A stretch of 64,000 nt of DNA from Eledone cirrhosa (taxonomy: Eukaryota): positions 231,384,001 to 231,448,000 of the forward strand of contig OZ024742.1 in the NCBI GenBank assembly GCA_964016885.1. The letters run 5' to 3'. The notes beneath the pieces are model-generated. The model was not told where the DNA came from and searched no databases. It saw nothing but the letters and a program-made list of their open reading frames with translations. Every line of letters starts with the position of its first letter. Within the stretch, counting starts at the first letter, position 1. Of the stretch, positions 37,679-50,700 are shown in pieces. The translations under genes and the position numbers were made by a program.

Positions 37679-40600
37679 AACATTTTAATGAAAACAAAAT
37701 ATTTTTTTTAATGGTAAAAATAAAAATGGAAATGAAATGAAAAAAATATATATTAAGCACCACTACAACTGATTTACTAATGGAAATGAATAAAGAGAAA
37801 GATGTATGTATTTATATACATGCACCCATGTGGCGTCCAGAAAATGGCAGTTGTTTAACAATTCATGAATTGTACAGCTAAACAGATATCACTAAATAAT
37901 ATTCAATACAAAGGGTTGTTTGTATTATAAATTTAAAGGTCAAAGAAATTTTAAATTTGCCACCATTTCTGACTCCCCCTTTTCAAATCCTAGTTTATTT
38001 ATTTATTTACAGTGATTGTTTAATTGGTCCCCAAAAGTTCGTCACGTGAGGAGACAACAAATATTTTACTAATCATATAAATGTTGATAGTTATTCTAAG
38101 AAAATAATGGTATTCATAATCCTTATTTCCAGCTAAACAGATCTTTAAAAATGCTCAAATATCAATCAGACAATACTTGTGACTTAAAATTAACAGAAAA
38201 TACACATGAAAAAGGAAATACAAGTGTGTGTGTGTGTGTGTGTATATACACACACATGTAAGTAATGTCATTTTTTAATCTCATTTTTACATGCACATGT
38301 ACACTACAAATATATTTCAAAGTGAACTGTGAAATGGTGGCTAGTTGAAAAACAAATCTTGACTTGTTAGTGTGAAATATTAGATTTAAAAAAAATAAAA
38401 TAAAATAAAATAAAAAAAATAAAAAATTTAAAAAAAATAAAAATCACTAAACTACATTTGGTCTCCTTTCATAATTTTTTTTAAAAAATGGTATAACTAA
38501 GGGAAAAACCAACAACTTTGTAACATTTTTATATCAATAATAAATAAATAAAAAATGAGTGAAGGTACACAATGTCTCTTCTTTACAGATTGCAAGGTTT
38601 CCATAATGTAAGCAGAACACAGAATTTTACTTCAAACAACAATCGATTTCCATTTTTTTTTCTTTTCTACATAGAAATAAATGCCAAAAGAAAAGGCTTT
38701 TATCTTTATAAAATAACATTGAGGAGATAATTTGTAATTTAGGTACAACAAGCCAGCAATTTGGCGAGGAGAGCAACAGCAAAGTTGACCGTAGCAGTAT
38801 TTGAACTCAGGCATTAGGTAATAATAGTGATTTCTAATTTAGGTACAAGGTCAGTGTGTGTGTGTGTATGTGTATATATATATATATAAAGACCCATTAA
38901 CTCAAGTACTTAACAGGTACTTTATGTTAACTGTCAAAAGGACAAAAGGCAAAGTTTTGACCTCAGTGGAATTTGAACTTAAGAACTGAATAATAGTAAT
39001 GATTTCTAATTTATGTACAAATAAGGATGAAAGGTAAAGTTGAACACAGCAGGATTTGAACTCAGAATGTAAAGAACTAGAACAAATACAGCCAGCTAAT
39101 TTGTCTAAAGGATTCTTCAGATTCCTCTGCCATGCACTGAATAATAATAAGAAAAAATTAAATACATCAACAAATGAGTTTTTTCCACAAGATATTTAAA
39201 TTAACCCATCCCTGATTTGGCTGTAGTAAAATTTTGAAGTAATATAGAAAGAAAAAGAGAAATTGGCAACAAACTATAATACAAAAATATAAAATATAGT
39301 CTAAAATAAAGGTATAAGGAAAAGGTGATGGGTGATCTTGTGAAAATAGCTGACGTGCATGAAGAAGTAAATATCTGAATACATTCTAACAGGAATTTAC
39401 TACAAATTAAATAAGTGATTAAGGATAATAAGCTATTGATAATTAACCGAAATATAGTTCATAATTGCTATCTGCCACTAAAAAAATGACCCTATGATGT
39501 GAAGCTGATCAACTCATTTATAGGGCCCACTCACATGGTTAACTCATGTGATGGGGGGGGGGGGGCTTTATATATATACACACATACATATTACATATCT
39601 AGCACGTATGTAGAAATTGCTCTTCCATAGCCATATTTCACATACACTATGATTTACTGTGTGGGTTTAGCTAGCCTCCTACAAGGTTGCATCTAGATAA
39701 GTCTGATACAGGAGTTAACCTCCAGCTGCTGGTGCTCATTCTTTTCTTTTCTCAGCTGGGTGGACTGGGAGCAACACGAAATGAAGTGTCTGGCTCAAAG
39801 ACACGCTGCAGCACCAGGCCCAATGATCATAACTCCAACACCCTAACCATTAACTAGGCTTTAAAATGGCTGCTCATTATTTGGGAATTTAAGCTGCAGG
39901 AGGTATATTTGTATAATATATACCCCAGAAATGCACAGAAACTTGGGGAGGGGGGAATAAAAAATTTTCAAGATACAATTTAACATTTATCTTTCTTTTC
40001 AATCACTGTCTATAAAGGTAAAAATAAAATTAATTAAAAAATAAAACAGTTCAAAATAGAACTGTAGATATTTTTAAAGCTTCAGTAAAAATGAAAATAA
40101 TATGCTATACAGAAACATAACATTTTTTGTGTGAAAAGGGTCATTTTATAAAAAGATACAGGGAGTTAATTCATGAGGAAATTGTTATAAACTATTACTT
40201 AAATTTAGATGTTTTCAACAGTAAATAAATACTGTGAACTTGTCAACAATATTGAGAAAACTCAATAAAATAGAGTTGAATATATATATACATACACACA
40301 CATTAGTATAGTACAATGTTGATACAATTGCTATTGAATGTACAATTTGAAGTAACACTAATTATACACCTACTCTACTATATACATAAGGGGGTCTGAA
40401 ATATTTTAGAAAATTAGTTGTGTGTGTGTATATTAGCAAATGAATGCTTAACAATGCAGAGTTTGTTCTAACTTATAATAATCATTACTTCAACGAGATT
40501 AAAATAAATTTTTTTTTAAATGTTTGTTTCTTGTATAAAAAAAAAAAAAAAAAAAAAAAAGAATGAATATTGTTGATACTAACTCTTTGAGTTCCAAACA

Positions 40601-41197
40601 TTTGAAACCATGTACCAAAAATGTTTTAGTTTATAAAGCTTGGGTTCAGACGAAGTAAATAAAGTAAATTTGATCAAAATATTTTATCATATTTAACATT
40701 CTTTTTTAATTACAATTTCAAAAATGAACATGTAAACCAGGCCCATGACTGTAAAATAACATTGAGGGGAAAAAAACAAAAAAAAAAAAACACAGCACTG
40801 GCACTCAAAGAGTTGACAACCAACAAAACAACAAAATCATTAATCAGTTGGTAATTGTTTTAACATCAATATATCAAAGAAAAACAAATTAAACAAAATC
40901 AACTGATTATATATAGTGAAGAGTTATTTACTCCATGCAAATTATAGTAGTTTTACCTGTTCCAGCCTATGGGCTGTGATCAAATGAACCAATAAAAGTT
41001 TTAAACCATTAAATTGTTTATTACAAGGAAGGGAAGAGTTTGGAATTTTATTTTACTTCCAATTCATTTTAACTAAAAAATTAACTTCAATAAAGAATTT
41101 GTGTTGATTGAATGTTAAAATAATAATAATAGCTTTATTTAACAGCAATTAGTTCCATAAAAACCAATGATATTACTAATACTAAACTTGTATATAA

Positions 41198-41503
41198 CAG
41201 ATTGAGAATCTTTTATCCGAAATGTTTGGGACCAGATGTTTTGGATTTCAGATTTTGGAATGTTTTGTATACAATCTAGAAAACGGGACAGTTTGGGAAT
41301 GGCACCCAAACCTAAACACAATATCCATTTAGATTTCATAATAGAGCTTATACATGTACACACATTTTGTTTTTAAAGATGTGGCTGCTATACTTAGTAC
41401 GATGAGCATCAGTGCTTTGTGGAATTTTCTATTTGTGGCATGTCATGTCAGTACTAGAAAAGACTTTGAACTTTGGAATTTCCAATAAGGAATTCTCAAC
41501 ATT
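41198..41503. mobile_element. pogo/Tigger-like MITE
   Basis: Termini CAGATTGAGAATCTTTTATCCGAAAT and ATTTCCAATAAGGAATTCTCAAC are imperfect inverted repeats. Resembles Tigger4/MER46 as recalled. Confidence 0.65.
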
Positions 41504-44500
41504 TGTTCATGTACCAAATGTGATTGTAAACCATAGTACTGAGAGAAAAGGCACAAGATAATCCCATTTAAAAAGCAACAAGATCTTTATAGACAATTAA
41601 CCCTTAGATACCAAACTACCTGAAAGACTACCCTGAATTTTAACATAATACAAAGCTGTTTTTAGCAGAAAATATCTAAATCTAACAGCGGGTGTGTTGA
41701 TTCATATATTTATAGTATCATTATTAGAAGTGAAAAGGTGCAGCAAACTAAAGTCAAGACTTTAATTTTTAATGTGAAGTTATAGTACCGTTTCATACTT
41801 TTCAATAATGCCTTGCTAATGTGGTACAGGATGCTAAGAATTAAAGTGTTTATATTTATCTAAAAAGCTTAACATTTTATGAAAGAACCTTTGATAAGTT
41901 ATGCTCCTAACACCAGTTTAATAATGAGAGTGTTAACTTTATCAAATTTCTCAGAATTCTTAAATTATTTTCAAAACTTTGAAAACCATAGACAGGGTCT
42001 TCCATTAGAAATATGGAAATGAAAAGGTTAACATTAAATGATTTAACAGAAAATATCTTAACCCATTAGTTACCAACCCGGCCAAAACTGGCTCTGGTTT
42101 TATGAAATAAAACTACACATTTTAAAGGTTTCCAACATAATTTTATATAAGAACCTTACATTAAGTTACTATCTTAGTAATGAAATAATACTTTTGGTAA
42201 ATTCTTCAAAATTCTTCATTAATTAATAGATTGTATTTCATTAGAAATACAGTCATGAAAAGGTTAAAATAGGGTTGTTAATTGAAATGTTTATAGTATC
42301 TTTACTGGTGGACAAATATTTGTATAAATTTGCAATATTTGAGTAAGGACTTCAATTTATAATGTGATGCAATCATTGTGCTGTTTTATACTTTTCAAGA
42401 ATGACTTGCTAATACAATTTCATGTGGTACATGACATTAAGAATTAATACAGCAACCTCCATGGGGAGTTATTTAAACATCAGTGTAAGTGCTGAAATAA
42501 CTATTTAATCCAGTTTAATTAGTTAAAACAAATTAATTATAAAAGTGCCAATAGCAAACTAATAAGAAAAATTAAACATTTCAAATCTTCATAAAACAAT
42601 AAAAATTGAATTAAAAACGAAAAAAAAAATTCAAATGTTTCTATAAAAGATGAAACTTTTCAGAATTTCCATAATGAAGAATTATAATTATAAACCGATT
42701 TATTTGGACTAGTGTCCTTATCATGGTTGTTTTAGTCACTATATTTTGATTATTGTACCTGCCAGTTGTGAAATGACAGAGTTGTTAAAATGTATAATGC
42801 TTCTTAGTTCAAATCAGTACAGTATGTGGGCATTGATTCTTTCTCTCCTTAGAAGAAATCAGCTCTGTTCAGACATGGACAGGAATGGGTTTTGCTAGGT
42901 TTTAAAAGTACCTGGAGAGACACTCCAGCCTTCTTCAGGTGCATGTTGTATTTGGTAATGTCCTCAGATTTTAAATTCGAAGCACAGTAGTAGAGATTTT
43001 TCTCGTTCAATTGTCCACACCAAGGATAGCCACAATTTGTTATCTGTGATACTGTTTCCTGGTTCAACAACATGAAACTGCTTTTGGTTATGATACTGAG
43101 CTGTTTATTTCAAAATGTTTTTAGTCATCTAAAAACCTTCCATCATAATTTCCTGTAAGAATCTACATTAGTTATTTTATTGAATCTCCAAATTCTTGAA
43201 TATTTTCAAAATTAATAGGCAGTGTATTTCATTGAAAATATGGTAACATACAAGAGCCACATCTTGATTTTAAACCAGCAAAGTTGACCACACAAGAACA
43301 GGAATAGTTTCGACCTTCTGACAGGCTTTTAGTTTCTGATTACCAAATTTCACTGGTTCAATCAAGGTCATCATAGTAGAGACTCACCAAAAGTGATGCA
43401 CCAGTGTTCATATATAAATTTAAAACTTCCATCATTTTAACTAAATACCAACTTGTCTGAAACTGCCCCAATTTTACGATAAACAGCTGCTCATTTTTAA
43501 TTTTCATCATTTTATGTAAGAATCTTTAAGTTATGCTCTCAGCTTAATAATAAAGTTATATTACAAAATCCTTCCAAATTCTTTATTTTCAATACTATTT
43601 AAAGATGTGCCTTTCATTAGAATTTTGTAATTGAAAGGTTAACAATAACAAGCAAATGACATCACAAGTAACTAATTAACTAAGATGAGGATATTTTCAT
43701 TTCATTTACACATGAAATATCCATGGAGAATGAGAACATTTACCTCCATGGTTTGAATAAAAAAATTTCATGTTTTACAGTAGTACTACAGAATACTATA
43801 GACTCACTGAAATAAGCTGAAAGATACAACAGCAAGTCGAGATGTGATCAAAAGCAACCAAAATGAAGACACTAGGTTGAATAAATCAAAGTATAATAAG
43901 AACATTTCTAAAATTATAAAACCAATAAATTAAGGAAAATTTCAGAGTTGACAATTAATTAATTCAGGAATAGTTATCGTTTTAAATTTTTTTTACATAT
44001 TTGGCTTTCTTTCTTTCCTTATAATTCTTTTTAAAAATATTAAAAATGACCAACATATTTTCAGAACACTACCATCTAATTTGATGTAACTATATATTTA
44101 TATTTCCTTAAAATACAACTGGCTTCTCTCAAAAAGAGAATCTAGCAAGTTTCCAGCTTTATTTTACTTACAAAATTTATTGATCAAACAAATATGGTGT
44201 TTATCTCTCCAATGCCCTATATATTTATGTGTTTGCATATATGTGTGTGTGTGTATATATATATATAGTTCAAGAATAAACAAGACAAACACATATACAA
44301 AAACAGTCTTATGAGGTTCACGCTTGTGTGTATAACGAAATATAATACATTTTGTTGTTCTCAATCTACTAATGCATTGAGTACTCTAGTACTGTGGTTA
44401 CTCCCAATTTCACTCGAGATATATATCCCGAGTGAAATCAGAAGTAACCACAGTAAATAAGGTACTCAATACATTATAGTAGAGTGAGAACAACAAAATT

Positions 44501-44572
44501 TATTAAATTTCATTAGGCTTTCCTGATGATTTCTTTTGAATGAAACAGTTCTAGTTCTGTAGAAGCCATTTC

Positions 44573-44629
<57 letters not shown>

Positions 44630-45725
44630 TATGTGAGGAAGAGAAAATAAAATTTCTAATTCCAAAAGGGGGGACAAATTTTTGAATAGATGATTTTCAT
44701 TAATGGATGCAATGCCAGAATGGTTGAATGCAACAATTAATTACTTAAGTCCAAAAAATTACATTTTTTATAGCATTATATGTAATAATTATACAGGCAT
44801 TCATTAAAAAAATCAGTTGACATTTATAACATATATCAATATTTTTCTTTCAAAAAAAATTTAGTGTCACATCACATACATTAGATTACTCTTTCCATTC
44901 CTTGAATATATATATAATATATAATTTTCAATATCAAGAAAATATATTAACCCAACAAAGATCAGTGGACTGCAATTGATATTTAACCTTTTTGATACCA
45001 ACTTGACCAAAACTGGTTCTCTTTCTAAGAGAGAAAACCACCCATTTTAAAGGGGGTTCTATGTAAATTAAACTTTTCAAAATAATTTTTAAATGATAAC
45101 CATATGTTAAGTTACTATCTTAGTATAATGAAATTTTTTTTAAATTTTGTAACTCCCTCAAAATTCTTCATTATTTAAATGAAGTATTTTCATTAGAAAT
45201 ACAACAAAAGCTAATAATAAGAAAACTAGGAAAATAGTATTGTTCTTTAAAAGAAACGGTAAATGTTGCATGCAACGTTTTTGATACCAACATGCTCAAA
45301 ACAGGCTGTGGTTCTATGAAACAAAAATCATCCATTTTAAAGGACTTTTTTAATAAAATCTTCTACCATAATTTTATAAAGAACTTTGTTACAAATACTA
45401 TCTTAGTAATGAAATAATAATTTTAGTAAATCACCCCATTTTAGTTACAGTACTCTTTATCTTGACTGATAGCCTACAGGATGGAAGGGCTCTGTAATAC
45501 AGTCCATCTAGAGATGTAAATTTGTTAAATTTCAGGTAAAACTGTTCAAATCCAGTTATCAGTTACATTTAGGTCTGCATTTTCTTGCAGTGCAACTTCT
45601 CCAATCCAAAGTTATGGTTTTCTTTTACTTTTTATTAGTACAACCATCCACTTGTACATTTTAAGTTCTTTTCTAGTAACACCTTTGATAAAATGCAAAA
45701 TTATCTAAAACTTTCCATCATTATA

Positions 45726-45909
45726 CGGTGAATTGGCAGTATCGGTAGAGGGTCGGACATGCTTTCCAGCATAGTTACATCCCTTTATGATCTGAGTTCA
45801 AATCCCGCCGAGGTTAACTTTGCCTTTCATCCATACAGGATCGATAAAATAAAGTTCCAGTAATGTACTGGGTATTTGCTGGCATTGTGCCAAAAGTAGA
45901 AACAATTAT
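45726..45909 (+). mobile_element. tRNA-derived SINE (other diverged copies near 2750, 13080, 16640, 24225, 33840, 38730-39130, 55825, 59655, 60215)
   Basis: Near reverse complement of 92-278. Confidence 0.85.
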
Positions 45910-47963
45910 ACTATGTAAGAACCTTGTTAAGTTATGTTCCAAACGCCAACATAAATATATATATATTATTTACAAAATGATTTGAAAATCATAAGTGTAT
46001 TTCCTTAGAAAAGTTATCACGAAATGGTAAAACGAATTGCCAAGACTTGACATGATTGAATCAATGGATCTGGCACTGGTGAACTTTTGAAATAATGCCT
46101 TATCCCCTACACTAACAAGTACTCCATATCTAGGTCTTTTTTTCTTTCTTTGAAATAACATTGCTTACTATTTCTTCTTTCTTTAAGGACCATCCTGGAT
46201 ATCTAGAAATGGCAACATTCTAAACTCTTGTCTGGAACATCTGCTTATTGAATAACTGCTGTACACTGGTCGGTCATTTGATAAGTTATTTTATTTTTTC
46301 TTAGCTGCAGTTATTGTTTCTTCTATAAGTCACTTATAAATTACACACATTGTGGGTAAAGGTATATCCAAATGGTTTGAAATTCACTTTGCAACTTTGA
46401 ACTATCAGGTACAATCCCACTGCATATCATATGTCTTTTACCATAGCCTTGGGTCAACCCAAGCCTTGTAAGTGAAATTGAAAAGACAGAAACTGTGATG
46501 TGATATACACAATTGAACTGAACACATTATTCAAAAGGCCAGTTTTGTCACAATGTATCATAAATAACTATGAAATAGTCAGCTATTTATACACAGAAAT
46601 CAATAAGTAGGCAGCTCAGCAGATTGGAATCCTCATCATTGAAACCAATAGAATTGTATTTACTTGTTTTTGCTCATGAACAATAATCCTAAGCTAGGTT
46701 CATAATTTGTGCATTGGCACAACATACATCAAAATGTTACAACACAGTAGCTTTGAATTTTAAATATTTTAGCTCAAAGAATAAAAAAAATTAGAGGGAT
46801 TGCTCATGAATGAAAATGATTTAAACATCCATCCATGCATATTATAAGGAGCAGAAGGTGACATATTTACTTCAAGCTTACTAAGCTCAGAACAGTGTAC
46901 ACATAATATACTCAAGCCCCAACAAATGTAAACTATTTATTTCTATTTATGACAATCATTTGATAAGAGCTATGCACATTAAGGGAAATTTAATCAAGCA
47001 ATTCATAGGTTAATATAGTTGATGGTGAAAACAAAATACCATTCTATTCACCCTTTAACAATTTCACCAATTCACCACCACTGGACAAGTATTTAGATAA
47101 AAGGCAAAGTTGACAGAGGCTGAATAAATGCAAGATCATTTAATCTGATGCTCTCAAGGCTCTAACTTGCAGCCTATATGCTTAAAATGGAATAGAACTT
47201 ACAAAAATATTTATGAAAGACTCCAACACTTATTCAATATACAGCAGACAAGTATAGATTCAGAAATAAGTGTTGAAACTGAAATTGTGTGTTTGATCAC
47301 AGAAAAAAAACACAAAACCTTAGACTTACATTAAACTGTTTCTTTAAAAGAACACCTAAGAAAATCTGATAGCCCCCAAAATATTTCTAATTAGAATTTA
47401 TACTCTAGAATTGAAAGAACTGTTTACTTTAGTACACGTGTACAAGTGCCACATCAGTTTCAGTTATCAGGAAAATCCAAAAGGCCAAATTTTGTAACTG
47501 GATAGTTTGTACATAACACACTAGCACTTTACAGCCATTTTAGTTTTTTTCCGTTGCCACCTACATGCCACCATTATTGAAGACTTTTAAATGGATTAAA
47601 ATCAAATAGATTTTGCTTTAGAAGTGTATTAACCCTTTTTGATACCAACTTGCACTGGTTCTATGAAACAAAACCGCCTATTTTAAGGATTCCGATTTAA
47701 ATCAAAATTTTCCAACATAAAATAAAAACAAAATAGAAATAGTGTATTTCATTAAGAATACGATCATGAAATGTTAAATAGTTTTGTTCTTTTTTATTTA
47801 TTTTAACTACATATTTAACCTGTACCTTCAAATCTAAACCACATCTAGTCCAAAGTTTGCCAGATGAATGAGTTGGCAGCTGTACTACATTGAACTATAA
47901 GGAGGGAGTTTACTGAAATTTTAGTGATTTGATTGATTAAAAAAATGGATATATAAAATTCTG

Positions 47964-48013
<50 letters not shown>

Positions 48014-48555
48014 CACACTTAAAACCAAACCAGAAAAAAGTAAATATTTCTCAAATAAATGATTAAATGTTTATCAAAATTCTATTAAAACTTTCTCCAA
48101 TTATCAAAAAATAAAAAATATATTGCAGCCTAACGAGTTAATATATTTTCTCTTTATACATTTCATGATTGTAAAAGCCACAATTTTCCTAATATTAGTT
48201 GTAATATTGCTATTACAACATATAATAAATAATTACAATAAAAGTTTCCTTATTTATAAAATAGAAATATAAATTTATTTACATGCTTTAAAAGTATATT
48301 GAATTAAAATCGAATCTGTTATGGTAGTATTATTAAATCTTTACAATAACCGTTTTGCTCGAGAATAACAAAAAAAAATTTAATGAACGAACATACAAGG
48401 AAGAAGAAAGAGGCAATGAAAGAATAAATTTTGATATGATATAAAATATTGTGAAATGGTCATTTGTGAAGAGCAAAGGCCAGAGGGAATGTGAAATCAA
48501 AGTCAGTAGAGTATCCAAGCAGACCTAATATCTACAAAGGAGAAGTAATACTTAC

Positions 48556-48685
48556 GAACTAGAACTGGAACGAGAATGTGATCTTGAAGAACTAGAGCTT
48601 AGAGAACGTGACCAGCTGCTTTTTCTTTTCTTTTTGTCAGATTTTGGACACGTTTCTTCAGCCCGATCTTTCCTCTTCTTTTCAT
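48556..48685 (-). CDS. ACIN1: Acinus coding exon B (130 nt, phase 1-2)
   Basis: TTGTTAG acceptor and GTAAGT donor. Encodes DEKKRKDRAEETCPKSDKKKRKSSWSRSLSSSSSRSHSRSSSS. Confidence 0.85.
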
Positions 48686-48799
48686 CTAACAAATTAAAAA
48701 ATCAAACAAGTTTGTCAAGGTTCTGATAAAGTGAAATTGTCATGTTACGAAAATGATTATTTTTGTCCTTGTCTGACCAAGGAATACATGCATACACAT

Positions 48800-50700
48800 T
48801 AGGATATTCCATTTTGCAAACTATTTGCCAATCATCTCGTGTCAATTACACTGCATTCGAGGTGGAGGCAATAACAATACATGCCAAATTATACATCAAT
48901 CAAATAATATTTAAAGGTTGCACACTTTCTTTTTATTTATGACTAATTTTTGGATCTGACCTGTAGTATATTGTCCTTTCTATTCATTTTACTGAGCACA
49001 ATGAGGAAACCACACAACAGAACAAAATGAAATGAAAATAAGCAGGAGAAATATGTCTGAATGCACAATAATAAATCGTTTTATGAATGAAAATTACAAC
49101 TAGAAACGACTTTTTTTTAGACCACTTGACTTTCATGGTGTAAGCTTAAGTTGGTCTTTGAACAGAACTATTTTGATCACATATATGGCTTTAGCCATCC
49201 AACAAGCCTCGTGATAAGCTCCTGGGACCAAAGAGAACTGGAGAGATACCCAACCACCAAAATAGAGAAAGGAGAGCTTTATGAACTTGGCATCATCTTC
49301 TCCAAGATGATCCACAGAAAACAGTACAGTCAGTAGATATTCAACCATCTTCCCCCTCTTTTGCTTCTAAAAATCTTCCATGGGATTATCATTATCCATG
49401 ATAGTTTGATAAGACTTATCGGTGGAGTTTCCACATTCCTGGAACTTTTTGAACATAGGGATACTGTGACCAGATGTTGGAAAAAAGATCTCAAAAAACT
49501 TTCTTCAAAACCAGTTCAAGAATGTGATGGTGGCAAGCCAGCTACATGAGGAATAGTTTAAGAGCTGCTCCAATGTTTATTTTGGCTCCTTGGTGCATGC
49601 CAGTGTTACTGGCAGTGGTGTCAAAAGACATACCAATTACTCTATCCTCAATTTTGAGTCATTGAATTTCCTTCAAAAACAACTTCAGTGACTTGTTTGG
49701 TTGCATCACTCGCAATAGGAACACATAAGAGCTCTTCCTCCTTTCCTTTTCCTGTAACTAAAACTACAATCCAATCTTTGAGTGAGCTGGATTGAGTAGC
49801 TGATAGAAATAATTCTCCACCCCAGTGGAAGACTAGCTAGGATCTGTCTTCAGGTGGGAAAGTGGATAACTGGTTCTTGCTCAATAAAAAGTTGAGACAC
49901 ATCATAACCAAGACTATGCAATTGTGATGTAAGTACTTGCTAGTTATACCAATAGTTTCCCTGTTCCCTCGTGGCAACAAGAGTGGCGTCAAGATTGGCT
50001 TTATTCTCAGTGATTTTCCGGGCAGTATCGACTTGAAGATTTCATTATCATCATCACTAATAGTTGAGCTGGATGACGAACTTTCAAGAACATCTTGGCT
50101 TCTTCGTCCTGCTTTCTCTTTCTTCTGAATGGCTCTCACATGTTCTGCATCAACGCCAACTAGGAATGAAGAAATTTGATCTTCCTGCAATGTCTCAAAG
50201 AAAGCTTTGTCTTTAGATGGGACATCCTTTCGTTCGAGAACATCCTGGCTTGCAATGTCAAACATTTCTTCAAGATCACCTTTCCACATTTCCTGCTTTA
50301 CAATTGCTTCTTTTTTCAGTCCTTGATACTCCTTATAAAATGTTTCAATTGAAGTGCGGATGGTTTTTTTCTTTCCTGTTTTGGTAGGGATATCTGTTTT
50401 CCTCCCTAATTCCTGGATCTTCTGGCTGGTGTTTTTTACAGCAATTAAAATTGTTTCCCCAAGTTCAATGTAATGGTAGATAAAATACAAGAGCACTTGT
50501 TTGGATGGGAATAGAGTCTCAGTTAACTCCCCCTTGGGCTTAGTCCCAAGCAGCCAAATGGCATCATTTCCATTTTCTTATTCACTTGTGAAAGATGAAA
50601 AGCAAAATCAATCAATCAAATTTTAAAACGACTGAGTTCTTGTATTTCTGGAACCCATTCAGGTTATGAAAAGCAAAAAACAAAATTATTTCATAACTTT
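48800..50700 (-). pseudogene. Decayed hAT-superfamily (hATm-like) DNA transposase; boundaries approximate
   Basis: Minus-strand frames give VFHWGG, GMSFDTTASNTG, LACHHHILELVL (CxxH) and PGAYHEACWMAKAIYVIKIVLFKDQ, with stops and frameshifts. Confidence 0.7.

Noticed and set aside
42849-43073. 74-aa minus-strand ORF with an internal CAG|GTACTT donor
   Set aside because: No good acceptor and no recognisable homology.
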